Made by a program: the position numbers and the translations under genes. The notes below the pieces were generated by a model that made no database searches, had not been told where the DNA came from, and saw only the letters and a list, made by a program, of their open reading frames with translations. 64,000 nucleotides of DNA from Helicobacter cetorum. GTDB taxonomy: Bacteria; Campylobacterota; Campylobacteria; Campylobacterales; UBA6016. Shown piece after piece: positions 47,400 to 55,697 of the stretch; position 1 is the stretch's first letter, and every line of letters starts with the position of its first letter. The DNA lies in the NCBI GenBank assembly GCA_022729705.1, contig DZAX01000007.1, positions 1,868 to 65,867 of the forward strand. The letters run 5' to 3'.

Positions 47400-48441
47400 A
47401 GATTACCTTCCATTTGGCGGCTATTTTTAAAACGCCCAGTTTATCTTTTATTTTTGTCGCTTCATTTGCAATCCGCTCTCTTTTTTCATCATCTGCAATA
47501 AGCAAAGAGAGGGACGCGCTAAGAGCTCTTACGTCGCCCTCTCTTATAAGTACGCCGTCCTCGCCGTCTGTTATTATTTCAGATGGGCCAGTCTTACAGT
47601 CAAAGGCGATTGAAGCGCATCCGCAACTCATCGCTTCGCAAAGAACCATCGGAAACCCCTCCTCTCTTGATGAAAGAACAAACAAAGAGGAGATAAAATA
47701 AAAAGAGGCGACATCTTTTTGCGCGCTGGCGAGAGCTATAAACTTATTCTTAGGAGAACTTGCCGCAAGCCTCAAAAGAGCCTCTTTTTCATCCCCTTCT
47801 CCGACGATAATAAGCCGCCAATCTTTTGTATCAGCTGCGTTAAAAGCTTTGATAAGTCTCTCAAAGCCTTTTGAATGTGTCAATCTACCAACGCCTAAAA
47901 CAATTTTTTGCCGCACCGCACCGCTTGGCTCAAATGGAGTAAGCGGATTTGGCAAAACTTCCAAGCGCTTTATCTTTTTGTAGTTTACAGCGTCCGCATT
48001 TGTCAAAATAGTCACAACGCTTGATAGCGGATAAACGACTTTTCTCACAGCCCGCCAAACTCTTGACTTCAAAAAATCGTAATTACTATGTTCGCACGCT
48101 ATCACGGGAAGCCTAAGAGTTTTTGCCGCCAAAATAGAAACAATATTTGTATGCGTCAAAAAAGATACCGCCACATCGGGTTTTATCTCTTTTATCTTAT
48201 TTCTTAACTTCAAAATTCTACCAAAATTATTCAAAACCGCTTCTACCTGCGAGCTAGATACGGCTCCAAGCTCTAAATCATGTATTTTTATCTTTTTGTC
48301 AATCTCATAAAATATATCTTCACCCTCCAAAACGCAAATATCCACCTCATAGCCAGAGTTTGCAAAATGATTTGCCATAATAGACAACACCCTCTCCGCT
48401 CCGCCCATCTTTAGAGAGTGAATGACAAATAGAAGTTTCAT
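47380..48441 (-). CDS. GT4 glycosyltransferase (PglH/AmsD-like)
   Basis: GGAERV, VGRL..SKGF, EGFPMVLCEAM, FDCKTGP. Confidence 0.9.
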   Translation of the reverse strand: MKLLFVIHSLKMGGAERVLSIMANHFANSGYEVDICVLEGEDIFYEIDKKIKIHDLELGAVSSSQVEAVLNNFGRILKLRNKIKEIKPDVAVSFLTHTNIVSILAAKTLRLPVIACEHSNYDFLKSRVWRAVRKVVYPLSSVVTILTNADAVNYKKIKRLEVLPNPLTPFEPSGAVRQKIVLGVGRLTHSKGFERLIKAFNAADTKDWRLIIVGEGDEKEALLRLAASSPKNKFIALASAQKDVASFYFISSLFVLSSREEGFPMVLCEAMSCGCASIAFDCKTGPSEIITDGEDGVLIREGDVRALSASLSLLIADDEKRERIANEATKIKDKLGVLKIAAKWKVIFAKLEK

Positions 48442-49247
48442 GCACAAGCTCTAGAAACTACCACGATAGAGGGAGCAAAAGTGCTCGTAGCCGGCAAAAG
48501 CCCAAGTTTTGACTCAAAAAACCATAATAACTTAGAAAAACGCGTAAGCTGCTTATAAATCTGATAGCCGATTCCGCTCTCTCTATCTTTAAAACACCAT
48601 GACAACATCCCAAAATTAGAAGAACAGAGATAGCCGCCCCAAACAATCTCTAAGCCCGCTTTTTTGTGCGCCTCCATCAAATCGCGCAAATCGTACATTA
48701 CATGCGCATCGTAAACATCCTTGTTCCATTTTCGCATCAAAAACCCATAAATCGTTTTTTTATTATTTGGAATAAGAGTAAAAATGACGCCTTCCGGCTT
48801 TGCGAAAACGCCTATGGCTCTTAAAATATTCGGTAAATCGTGAAAATGCTCCACCACCCCATGGCTCATTACAAAATCGAATCGCGTCAACATACTTTCA
48901 GGCGGAGTAAACATATCGGCGCACACTACATCAACATCGACGCCGGCGCTTTTTGCTTTATTTGACAATCTATCGCATGCCGTCTCTACATAGTCAAGAC
49001 CAAAACAAGAGGTTGGAGTTAGCTTTTTGCAAACTTCTATCAGCGCGTCTGAATCGCCGGCTCCAACCTCCAAAACGCTTCCGCCGCCAAAATACTCTTT
49101 TATCTTTTCAAACACAAGTTTATACGGCATATTTCTAAAATCATTATAATTGATAGGGATATGCAAAACCTCTCCTCTAGCCGAGTAATACCCCTCCCAA
49201 TCCTCCGGCGTAGAGGCTCTTTCATCCAAGATTTTATTTTGCTCCAT
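48438..49247 (-). CDS. Class I SAM-dependent methyltransferase
   Basis: VLEVGAG, GLD, FDFVMSHGVVEH. Confidence 0.88.
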   Translation of the reverse strand: MEQNKILDERASTPEDWEGYYSARGEVLHIPINYNDFRNMPYKLVFEKIKEYFGGGSVLEVGAGDSDALIEVCKKLTPTSCFGLDYVETACDRLSNKAKSAGVDVDVVCADMFTPPESMLTRFDFVMSHGVVEHFHDLPNILRAIGVFAKPEGVIFTLIPNNKKTIYGFLMRKWNKDVYDAHVMYDLRDLMEAHKKAGLEIVWGGYLCSSNFGMLSWCFKDRESGIGYQIYKQLTRFSKLLWFFESKLGLLPATSTFAPSIVVVSRACA

Positions 49248-50481
49248 CGGTTCCCTTAAATTTTTTTATTTTCCACAAAAGCCCGCTAAACACCGCGACT
49301 TCTATCAACACATACAAAAAAGCCGCTCCGTGGCTTTTGGCAAAAAATACCGCAAAAATAGAGACAAACAGGGCGCCTACGGAGATAGTCAAAAAAAACA
49401 TCTTCATCTTAGAAGCCAAATCTCTAATCACAATATAGCCGCTATACATCAACGTATTTATCGCCACAAATACAGGTCCCGCCGCCATAATCATAAGTAG
49501 CGCAGCAGACTCCTCAAAGCCGCTTCCAAGCGCCAACGAGACTATAGTGTCCGCAAACACAAACACGCCTAAAGCAAGAGAACCCATAACCAAAAGAGTA
49601 ATTATAACGGCTCTTTTTATGAAAATATCAGCGTATTTTACGCTGTTTTTTGTGAGTTCTGCGATTTTTGGAAAAATAGCAGAGGATACAGGGGCAAACA
49701 GCCCCGATAAAGCCAAGACAATTTTTTGCGCTCCGACAAAAACAGCGATTTCGCTTTTGGTTGCTAAGATTGTAAGCATAAAAGCTGGGAGGTTATTGTA
49801 AAAGGCGACAGCTATATTTGCTGTAAATAGATGCCACGCTCCGTTTATGGCTTGCCTTAGCTCGTCTATGCGTGGGGCGTTAAGCGAGAGGGAGAATTTT
49901 TTGTACACATAATGGTTTGCGATAAGTGAAAAAAAAGTCCATGAGAGGGCGGATGCAAAAGAGACAAACACAATATCATCCGCTGATTTTACAAAATAGA
50001 TAGTAAGAAGTGCGCCAAAAATCTGGGCTGAGAGGCTAAACACAAGAAGCGGTAAAACCCTCTGGACGCCTTGAAAAAGCCAGGTCGGCATAAGAGCTTG
50101 CGAAAGTATAGAGAGCCACATAAAAGCGTAAAGCCAAAAAGGAGCAGAAAACACAAACGAAAAACCTATCATAATAAATAAAGAAGCGAAACCAATAGCC
50201 CCTTTAATCACAAAGACAATCATCCACAGCTTTGAGAGTGCCGCGCTGTCGTTTTTGAGCATAGCACACTCTTTTGTAGCCCAGAGATAAAAACCAAAAT
50301 CTATCAAAATCTGAATATAAGCGCCAAGAACCCAAAGCGTAGCAAGGGAGCCAAATCCGTCAACTCCAAGCGTCCTTGAGAGGTACGGCAATAGTAAAAA
50401 AGGGACTACATAGCTAAAAAGTTGCAAAAAAAGCAAAATAGAGGCGTTTTGAAACAATGCGGAGCTTTTGAGGTTTTTCAT
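49234..50481 (-). CDS. wzx: Wzx-type oligosaccharide flippase
   Basis: PYLSRTLG..GFG, IDFGF, WLFQG, many TMs. Confidence 0.88.
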   Translation of the reverse strand: MKNLKSSALFQNASILLFLQLFSYVVPFLLLPYLSRTLGVDGFGSLATLWVLGAYIQILIDFGFYLWATKECAMLKNDSAALSKLWMIVFVIKGAIGFASLFIMIGFSFVFSAPFWLYAFMWLSILSQALMPTWLFQGVQRVLPLLVFSLSAQIFGALLTIYFVKSADDIVFVSFASALSWTFFSLIANHYVYKKFSLSLNAPRIDELRQAINGAWHLFTANIAVAFYNNLPAFMLTILATKSEIAVFVGAQKIVLALSGLFAPVSSAIFPKIAELTKNSVKYADIFIKRAVIITLLVMGSLALGVFVFADTIVSLALGSGFEESAALLMIMAAGPVFVAINTLMYSGYIVIRDLASKMKMFFLTISVGALFVSIFAVFFAKSHGAAFLYVLIEVAVFSGLLWKIKKFKGTDGAK

Positions 50482-50495
50482 TCTTTATAAAGAAA

Positions 50496-50744
50496 CTATT
50501 TTTTGCAAGGTTTTACTTCCAACTCTTTTGACAACGCCTCTATAGTTTGAACGCCAAATCCGTTTACCTCTTTTAACTCAGCCACACTCTCAAAACACTT
50601 TTTCTTTCTATATTCGATTATAGAGTCCGCTTTTTTTGAGCCTATTTTTTTTATCGTCATCAACTCCTCTTTTGAGGCACTGTTTATATCTACGCTCGCG
50701 AAAGATGATACGACAAAAAACGATAAAAACAGTGTCTTTTTCAT
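50496..50744 (-). CDS. comEA: ComEA-family HhH DNA-binding protein (second paralog)
   Basis: VDINSAS...IGSKKA..IIEYR..KCF...PCKK, similar to 21987-22235. Confidence 0.85.
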   Translation of the reverse strand: MKKTLFLSFFVVSSFASVDINSASKEELMTIKKIGSKKADSIIEYRKKKCFESVAELKEVNGFGVQTIEALSKELEVKPCKK

Positions 50745-50796
50745 ACTATGGCACCTTTTTTTTGAAGTTTAAATATTCTTTGATTTTACAACCTAA

Positions 50797-50957
50797 GTGT
50801 TTAGTCCCCTCAACTTATGGTAAGGGTTATCTTTAAAAAGCTCAGGATTTGAGTCAAACTTTCTAGGTAATGTATCATAGGGACTTTTAAACTTCAAAGC
50901 TTTCAATTTCTTTTGGTGATTGTAATAAAGCAAGTAGCTCATCAAGTGTTTTTTAGC
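50797..50957 (-). mobile_element. IS481-family right end with transposase C-terminus
   Basis: LKKHLMSYLLYYNHQKKLK...NPYHKLRGLNT*, terminal TGTTTAGTCCC; 137 bp identical to 23082-23218. Confidence 0.75.
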
Positions 50958-50959
50958 AA

Positions 50960-51007
50960 ATAGCTCTTTGAAGCGCTCATTTCATAGAGAGTTTTGCAAG
51001 AAGTCTA
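50960..51007 (-). mobile_element. Putative IS5-family-like terminal segment
   Basis: Inverted copy of 23273-23320 with one mismatch. Confidence 0.5.
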
Positions 51008-51032
51008 GCATATCAGCTTTTGCGGTAACGCT

Positions 51033-51041
51033 TGCTATAAT
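51033..51041 (+). promoter_or_regulatory. Extended -10 promoter upstream of A6 and the second wzx
   Basis: TGCTATAAT. Confidence 0.5.
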
Positions 51042-51098
51042 AACGGTATTAATAACCAAAAAAGGCGACTCATTGGATGATAACTAATTTTACGCACA

Positions 51099-51196
51099 CA
51101 CTCCCCCGCATTCATGCGGGAAACTTTAGGGGGTTGCAAGGGACATTTATGTCCCTGCCGTTAATATGGGCTTCGCCCATATTAACGTATAACATA
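51099..51196 (+). repeat. Family-A repeat copy A6
   Basis: CCCGCAT-TC-ATGCGGG / GGGACAT-TT-ATGTCCC / CGTTAATATGGGC-TTC-GCCCATATTAACG / TAACATA. Confidence 0.9.
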
Positions 51197-51198
51197 AA

Positions 51199-52440
51199 AT
51201 GATTAAAAGCATAAGAACGCAAAAAAAACTGCTCTCAAATATACTCTCTCTAATGGTCTTGCAGGGCGCAAACTATATTTTGCCGCTTATCACGCTACCT
51301 TATCTTGTCATAACTCTTGGCGTGGAAAAATTCGGTATTTTGGCGTTTGCCCAAGCTATAATCACATACCTAAACACCCTTGTGGATTACGGCTTTAATC
51401 TCTCAGCCACTAGAGCCATCGCGACCAACTCGCAAGACTCCAAAAACGTCTCTTCGGTGTTTATATCCGTCATACTCATCAAGATATTTTTACTGTGTGT
51501 TTCGTTTGTGATTTTGTCTGTTTTGATAAGCTCTTTTGATCGCATCGGCTCGGAGGCTATCGTGTACTATATGGCGTTTGGCGCACTTATTGGAAATCTG
51601 CTTTTTCCGGTTTGGTATTTTCAGGGAACTGAGGATATGAAGTATATTACTTATATCAATATCCTCTCAAAGCTTCTTTTTACCGTCGCAATTTTTGTTT
51701 TTGTGCATGAGCGGGCTGATTATGCCATGGTGCCTATGCTAAACTCGCTAGGTCTTATTATCGGCGGTGCTATTGCGCTTTTTATTGCGATTAGAAGGAT
51801 AGAGTTTCATATTCCGACGTTTGAGTATGTCAAATCAATTTTTAAAGAGAGCACGTCGCTTTTTGTCTCCAACGCCTCTATCTCGCTGTTTACCGCTAGT
51901 AATACGCTGATTTTGGGGCTTTTTGCGAGTAACGCCGTTGTTGGTATATACGCTGCGATAGAAAGGTTGATGACAGCCATAAAATACTTTTACGCTCCAT
52001 TGTATCAAGGTCTTTTTCCTTGGCTTGCCAAAAAAGATAGGGTTTCTATAGTTGGATTTGTATCTAGGTTTTTCCCGTATATCGGAGTGTTTGGTCTCTT
52101 GGTTACTATCCTAATAGCCGCTTTTGCACATCCTATTTTGACGCTAATTTACCAAAACAAAACCATTGGCGACCACTATGAGGTTCTTCAAATATTTTCT
52201 CTCGTATCGGTTTTTAATGCAACAAGTATGCTTTTTAATTATCTATTTTTGAATGTTATGAGAGAGTATAAGGAGCGAATGAGAATACTGCTTATTACGG
52301 GGTTTTTTAATGTGATTAGTGGGACGATATTAGCTTACAGTTTTGGGCTAATCGGCGTCGTCTGCTCAGTTACCGCCACGGAAGCCTTGCTTCTTGTGCT
52401 TAGTTATTTAAAATTTAAATCCATAAAAAGGAGCTTGTGA
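51199..52440 (+). CDS. wzx: Wzx-type flippase (second)
   Basis: NYILPLITLPYL, VDYGFNLSATR, WYFQG. Confidence 0.9.
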   Translation: MIKSIRTQKKLLSNILSLMVLQGANYILPLITLPYLVITLGVEKFGILAFAQAIITYLNTLVDYGFNLSATRAIATNSQDSKNVSSVFISVILIKIFLLCVSFVILSVLISSFDRIGSEAIVYYMAFGALIGNLLFPVWYFQGTEDMKYITYINILSKLLFTVAIFVFVHERADYAMVPMLNSLGLIIGGAIALFIAIRRIEFHIPTFEYVKSIFKESTSLFVSNASISLFTASNTLILGLFASNAVVGIYAAIERLMTAIKYFYAPLYQGLFPWLAKKDRVSIVGFVSRFFPYIGVFGLLVTILIAAFAHPILTLIYQNKTIGDHYEVLQIFSLVSVFNATSMLFNYLFLNVMREYKERMRILLITGFFNVISGTILAYSFGLIGVVCSVTATEALLLVLSYLKFKSIKRSL

Positions 52441-52623
52441 TAAAAAAATCTTAAAATCGGTGCTGTTTTATATCACTTTGTATAAAATTTTGAAGATAAG
52501 ATATGCCGCTGTGGCGACTATGATGACGATTATTCTCAGAAGATACGGTATGTATACATGCGAAAACCACCACAAACACACTCTAGCAAAATGCGGCAAA
52601 ATTTATTAGAAAAAGAGGGAAAA
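52437..52623 (+). pseudogene. Possible collapsed GT2 glycosyltransferase remnant
   Basis: FED...GDYDDDYSQKIR resembles the GT2 EDxDy..R motif; internal stops; fills the operon gap. Confidence 0.35.
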
Positions 52624-53484
52624 ATGCAGACGCTAATATGTCTTAACACTTGCAAAAGAGCAATCGCCGTCAAGGCTATCATCTGGAGTTATGTGGAGTT
52701 TGTAAAGTCCAGAGACGATTTTTTTCTAGTTGTCGGGCTTGACGGGGACGATAAAGATACTATTAGTTATTGCAAAGAGTTTGGCATTCCTCTTGTGTAT
52801 TCTGATGAAAACGAGGGTGTTGGATTGTCAAAAAACAGAGTACTATCTACTTTTGGCGATTTTGACTACTACTTTTTTATTGAAGACGACGTTGAGCTTT
52901 TAAATCCAAAAGTGTTTGATGCGCATATCGAAGTTTCCAAAAAATCCGGCATACACCACTTCTCTTCATTTGAGAGAAAACGGATAATAGACGAAGTCGC
53001 TAGGACGGAGGTTGGGGGCTATACGATTATCCACAGCATGTTTGGCGGTGCGCCGTTTAACTTTTTTACCAAAGAGGGGCTAAAGAGTGTGGGCGGCTGG
53101 CACGATATGTTTGCGACGTATAAGCGTTTTGGGCATACGGAGCACACTTATAGATTTGTAAACGCTGGGTTGTCAAAATATCCGTTTAGCGTGATTGACG
53201 AGCTTATCGAGGGGTATCTTGGCTGGAATGACCCTATAAGCGTCACAAAAATCAAAGTTCAAACGACGGTAAATAGGGTGTTTCAAGGGGAGAGCGACTT
53301 GATGGATGAGAAGCTTTCTTATTATCCGGTAAAAACTTTATCACCGTTTCATCTGACAAAAAATCTGGATAAGTCGGGGTTTAAAAAAGATAGTTTTGCA
53401 TTTATCCATAGATGGAGATTTAAGCTTCAAATGTGTGGCTTAAACACTCTTAGACAACTAAAAAGGGCGATTGTTGCCCGCTAA
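52624..53484 (+). CDS. GT-A fold (GT2-like) glycosyltransferase
   Basis: NEGVGLSKN, FFIEDD, VGGW, HTEHTYR; GAGGG RBS before ATG 52624. Confidence 0.75.
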   Translation: MQTLICLNTCKRAIAVKAIIWSYVEFVKSRDDFFLVVGLDGDDKDTISYCKEFGIPLVYSDENEGVGLSKNRVLSTFGDFDYYFFIEDDVELLNPKVFDAHIEVSKKSGIHHFSSFERKRIIDEVARTEVGGYTIIHSMFGGAPFNFFTKEGLKSVGGWHDMFATYKRFGHTEHTYRFVNAGLSKYPFSVIDELIEGYLGWNDPISVTKIKVQTTVNRVFQGESDLMDEKLSYYPVKTLSPFHLTKNLDKSGFKKDSFAFIHRWRFKLQMCGLNTLRQLKRAIVAR

Positions 53485-54640
53485 ATGGACGGTCTTTTTG
53501 TTGGCGTTAGCTGTTTTAACGCCAATGTATGGGAGTCTATTTGGACATTTCCATGCAAACGTTGCGCTATATGGCGTGTACTTTTCCGGTCTTACCTTTT
53601 TTCTATTTGCCAACTTCAAGCAGATGCTTTTTAGCAAACTAGACGCACTTGTGCTACTTTTTAACCTTTTTTTTATCGCCTCGCTTGCATACACCGTTAA
53701 CCAAGATTTTAAAACGGAGATGATACTATTTGCGATACTCCCGCTCTTTTATTTCAATGGTAAACTGCTTATTTATACAAACTCGCACACGCTTTTTTTT
53801 AGATTTATTGTGTTAATTATTTTTGCCGTAAACGTATATGTGTTTTTAAAATTAAGCGAAAACGGCTTTAAATATCACACATACTATCGCTATTCAAGTT
53901 CTTGGCTGCTTCTTGATTATTTGACGTTGGCACTCTTTGATTTGCTTGCGGCTATCATACTTTATGCGACCAATGTTATAGCAAACAAATATATTAAAAG
54001 CGGAATAATATTGCTTTTTTTGTTTATGATACTAATATCCGGCGCTCGTTATTCGATTCTTTTTTTGGGTCTATCTCTATTTATCTTTTTTATGTTGCTT
54101 CCCGCCGCCAAAAAGCTCTCATCGGTTGTGGTTGGCGGCTCTGCGATAACTCTGATTTTGCTTGGAAGCTCAAAAATACAAGATTTGTTTGCCTATACTA
54201 TCTTTCGTATGAGCAACATCTCAAGTGGGCATGACGCTTCGCTGGACGGGCGTGAAAACGTGCTAAATCTATCCTTGGCACTTATAGACAAAAATCCAAT
54301 CTTTGGATATGGTCTCAATAGCTCAGAGGCGCTTTTGTATCCGATACCTTTTCCGCACAATATGCTAATAGAGGCGTTTTTGGAGACGGGACTTTTGAAT
54401 ACTGTGATATTAGCCACGATTGTCGGCTCTGTGCTTATCATGGGGTTAAGGCTCTTTTGGCGAAACAAAAACTACTTTAGCGGGATTTTTATTATCGACC
54501 TCTATCTTATTATGTCGCATCTAAAGTCGTTTTCGATTGCCGAGGGGAAGATGCTGTTTTTCTTTTTTGGTATCACAATGGGTTTTTATAGCGTCTATTT
54601 TAAAAAACTTCACTATCAAGGCGAGGAGCCTCAAAAATGA
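53471..54640 (+). CDS. O-antigen polymerase/ligase (Wzy_C family)
   Basis: Many TMs, SGAR, NPIFGYG, PHN..IE...ETG. Confidence 0.85.
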   Translation: MLPAKWTVFLLALAVLTPMYGSLFGHFHANVALYGVYFSGLTFFLFANFKQMLFSKLDALVLLFNLFFIASLAYTVNQDFKTEMILFAILPLFYFNGKLLIYTNSHTLFFRFIVLIIFAVNVYVFLKLSENGFKYHTYYRYSSSWLLLDYLTLALFDLLAAIILYATNVIANKYIKSGIILLFLFMILISGARYSILFLGLSLFIFFMLLPAAKKLSSVVVGGSAITLILLGSSKIQDLFAYTIFRMSNISSGHDASLDGRENVLNLSLALIDKNPIFGYGLNSSEALLYPIPFPHNMLIEAFLETGLLNTVILATIVGSVLIMGLRLFWRNKNYFSGIFIIDLYLIMSHLKSFSIAEGKMLFFFFGITMGFYSVYFKKLHYQGEEPQK

Positions 54641-55458
54641 AACTTACAATCCTAGTCGCCACGATGAACGAAAACTTAGCCTCTTTAAAAGAGAAGCTTT
54701 TGAGGCTTCCTGCACATATTGACGTTGTGATTTGCCATCAGATAACAAAAGAGCAAGACGACTTTGAGGGTGCTAAAAACGAAATTGAGGCGATACGAGA
54801 GAATATAAAAGTGGTTCAAAAGCGTGAAAGAGGATTGTCAAAAAGCAGAAACGTCGCGCTATCTGCGGTAAAAAGCGGAGTATGTCTTATCACGGACGAT
54901 GATGTGGAGTTTGACGAACATCTTTATGAGCAGATAAAAGAAGCATACGAGGCGTATCCCGATGCGGACGTAATCACGTTTCAAGCAAAAACGCCGGAGG
55001 GGGAGTTTTTCAAGCCGTACAAAAACGAATCGTTTGTTCATGCGATGAAGAGCGCCGCTAAAGTCTCGTCGATTGAGATTAGCTTTAAGGCGGAGTCTAT
55101 CGGCAAAAGCGGTGTTTTTTTTGATGAGAGATTTGGGCTTGGCTCTTTGTATGCGACAGGGGAGGAGTATATATTTTTGGCTGATGCACTTAAAAAAGGG
55201 CTTACCCTGCGCTACTACCCAAAAACTATAGCACTCCACCCAAAAGAGAGTTCAGGCTCTGTGTTTGATGAAAAAATGTTTATAGCCAAAGGCGCGATGT
55301 TTGCCAGAGTTTTTGGCGCAAAATCTTACGCGGTCTCTTTGCTATTTGCGCTAAAAAAATATCCCAAATACAAACATAATCTAGGTTTGATAAGCGCATT
55401 TTTGCGTATGAGAGAGGGCGTGATGGCAATTATGGTTAGCGCCAAAAGCCGCTCTTAA
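54637..55458 (+). CDS. GT2 glycosyltransferase
   Basis: LVATMN, RGLSKSRN, TDDD, FDERFGLG..GEE. Confidence 0.88.
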   Translation: MKLTILVATMNENLASLKEKLLRLPAHIDVVICHQITKEQDDFEGAKNEIEAIRENIKVVQKRERGLSKSRNVALSAVKSGVCLITDDDVEFDEHLYEQIKEAYEAYPDADVITFQAKTPEGEFFKPYKNESFVHAMKSAAKVSSIEISFKAESIGKSGVFFDERFGLGSLYATGEEYIFLADALKKGLTLRYYPKTIALHPKESSGSVFDEKMFIAKGAMFARVFGAKSYAVSLLFALKKYPKYKHNLGLISAFLRMREGVMAIMVSAKSRS

Positions 55459-55541
55459 TATCGCCGTTAGAGAGTTTAGTTTATAATCCTTCTCTTTTTT
55501 ATTTTACAAAAATATACCTTCTTATTTGAGGCAAACGATAT

Positions 55542-55697
55542 ATGTTTAAAAAGTTTAGCTCCGTGTTTTATGTTGCTATTGTAGCTGCGCTGTTTTTGGC
55601 GGGATGCGGCTACAAAGGCGCCCCGGTCTACAAAGAAAATAACAAAACGATAGACTACAACGTAACCCAAAGCTCTGATAGTTCGAGCCGGATGTGA
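55542..55697 (+). CDS. Small lipoprotein, LptM/YifL-like (51 aa; not in ORF track)
   Basis: MFKKFSSVFYVAIVAALFLAG-CGYKGAPVY; lipobox LAGC; TGA overlaps the nadB GTG. Confidence 0.7.
   Translation: MFKKFSSVFYVAIVAALFLAGCGYKGAPVYKENNKTIDYNVTQSSDSSSRM

Noticed and set aside
24868-51196. Family A as simple intrinsic terminators or a ligand-specific riboswitch
   Set aside because: No U-tract follows the hairpins, linkers are conserved between loci, and neighbouring genes (fabG, mnmG, NYN, wzx) share no metabolite; several copies are antisense at 3' ends.
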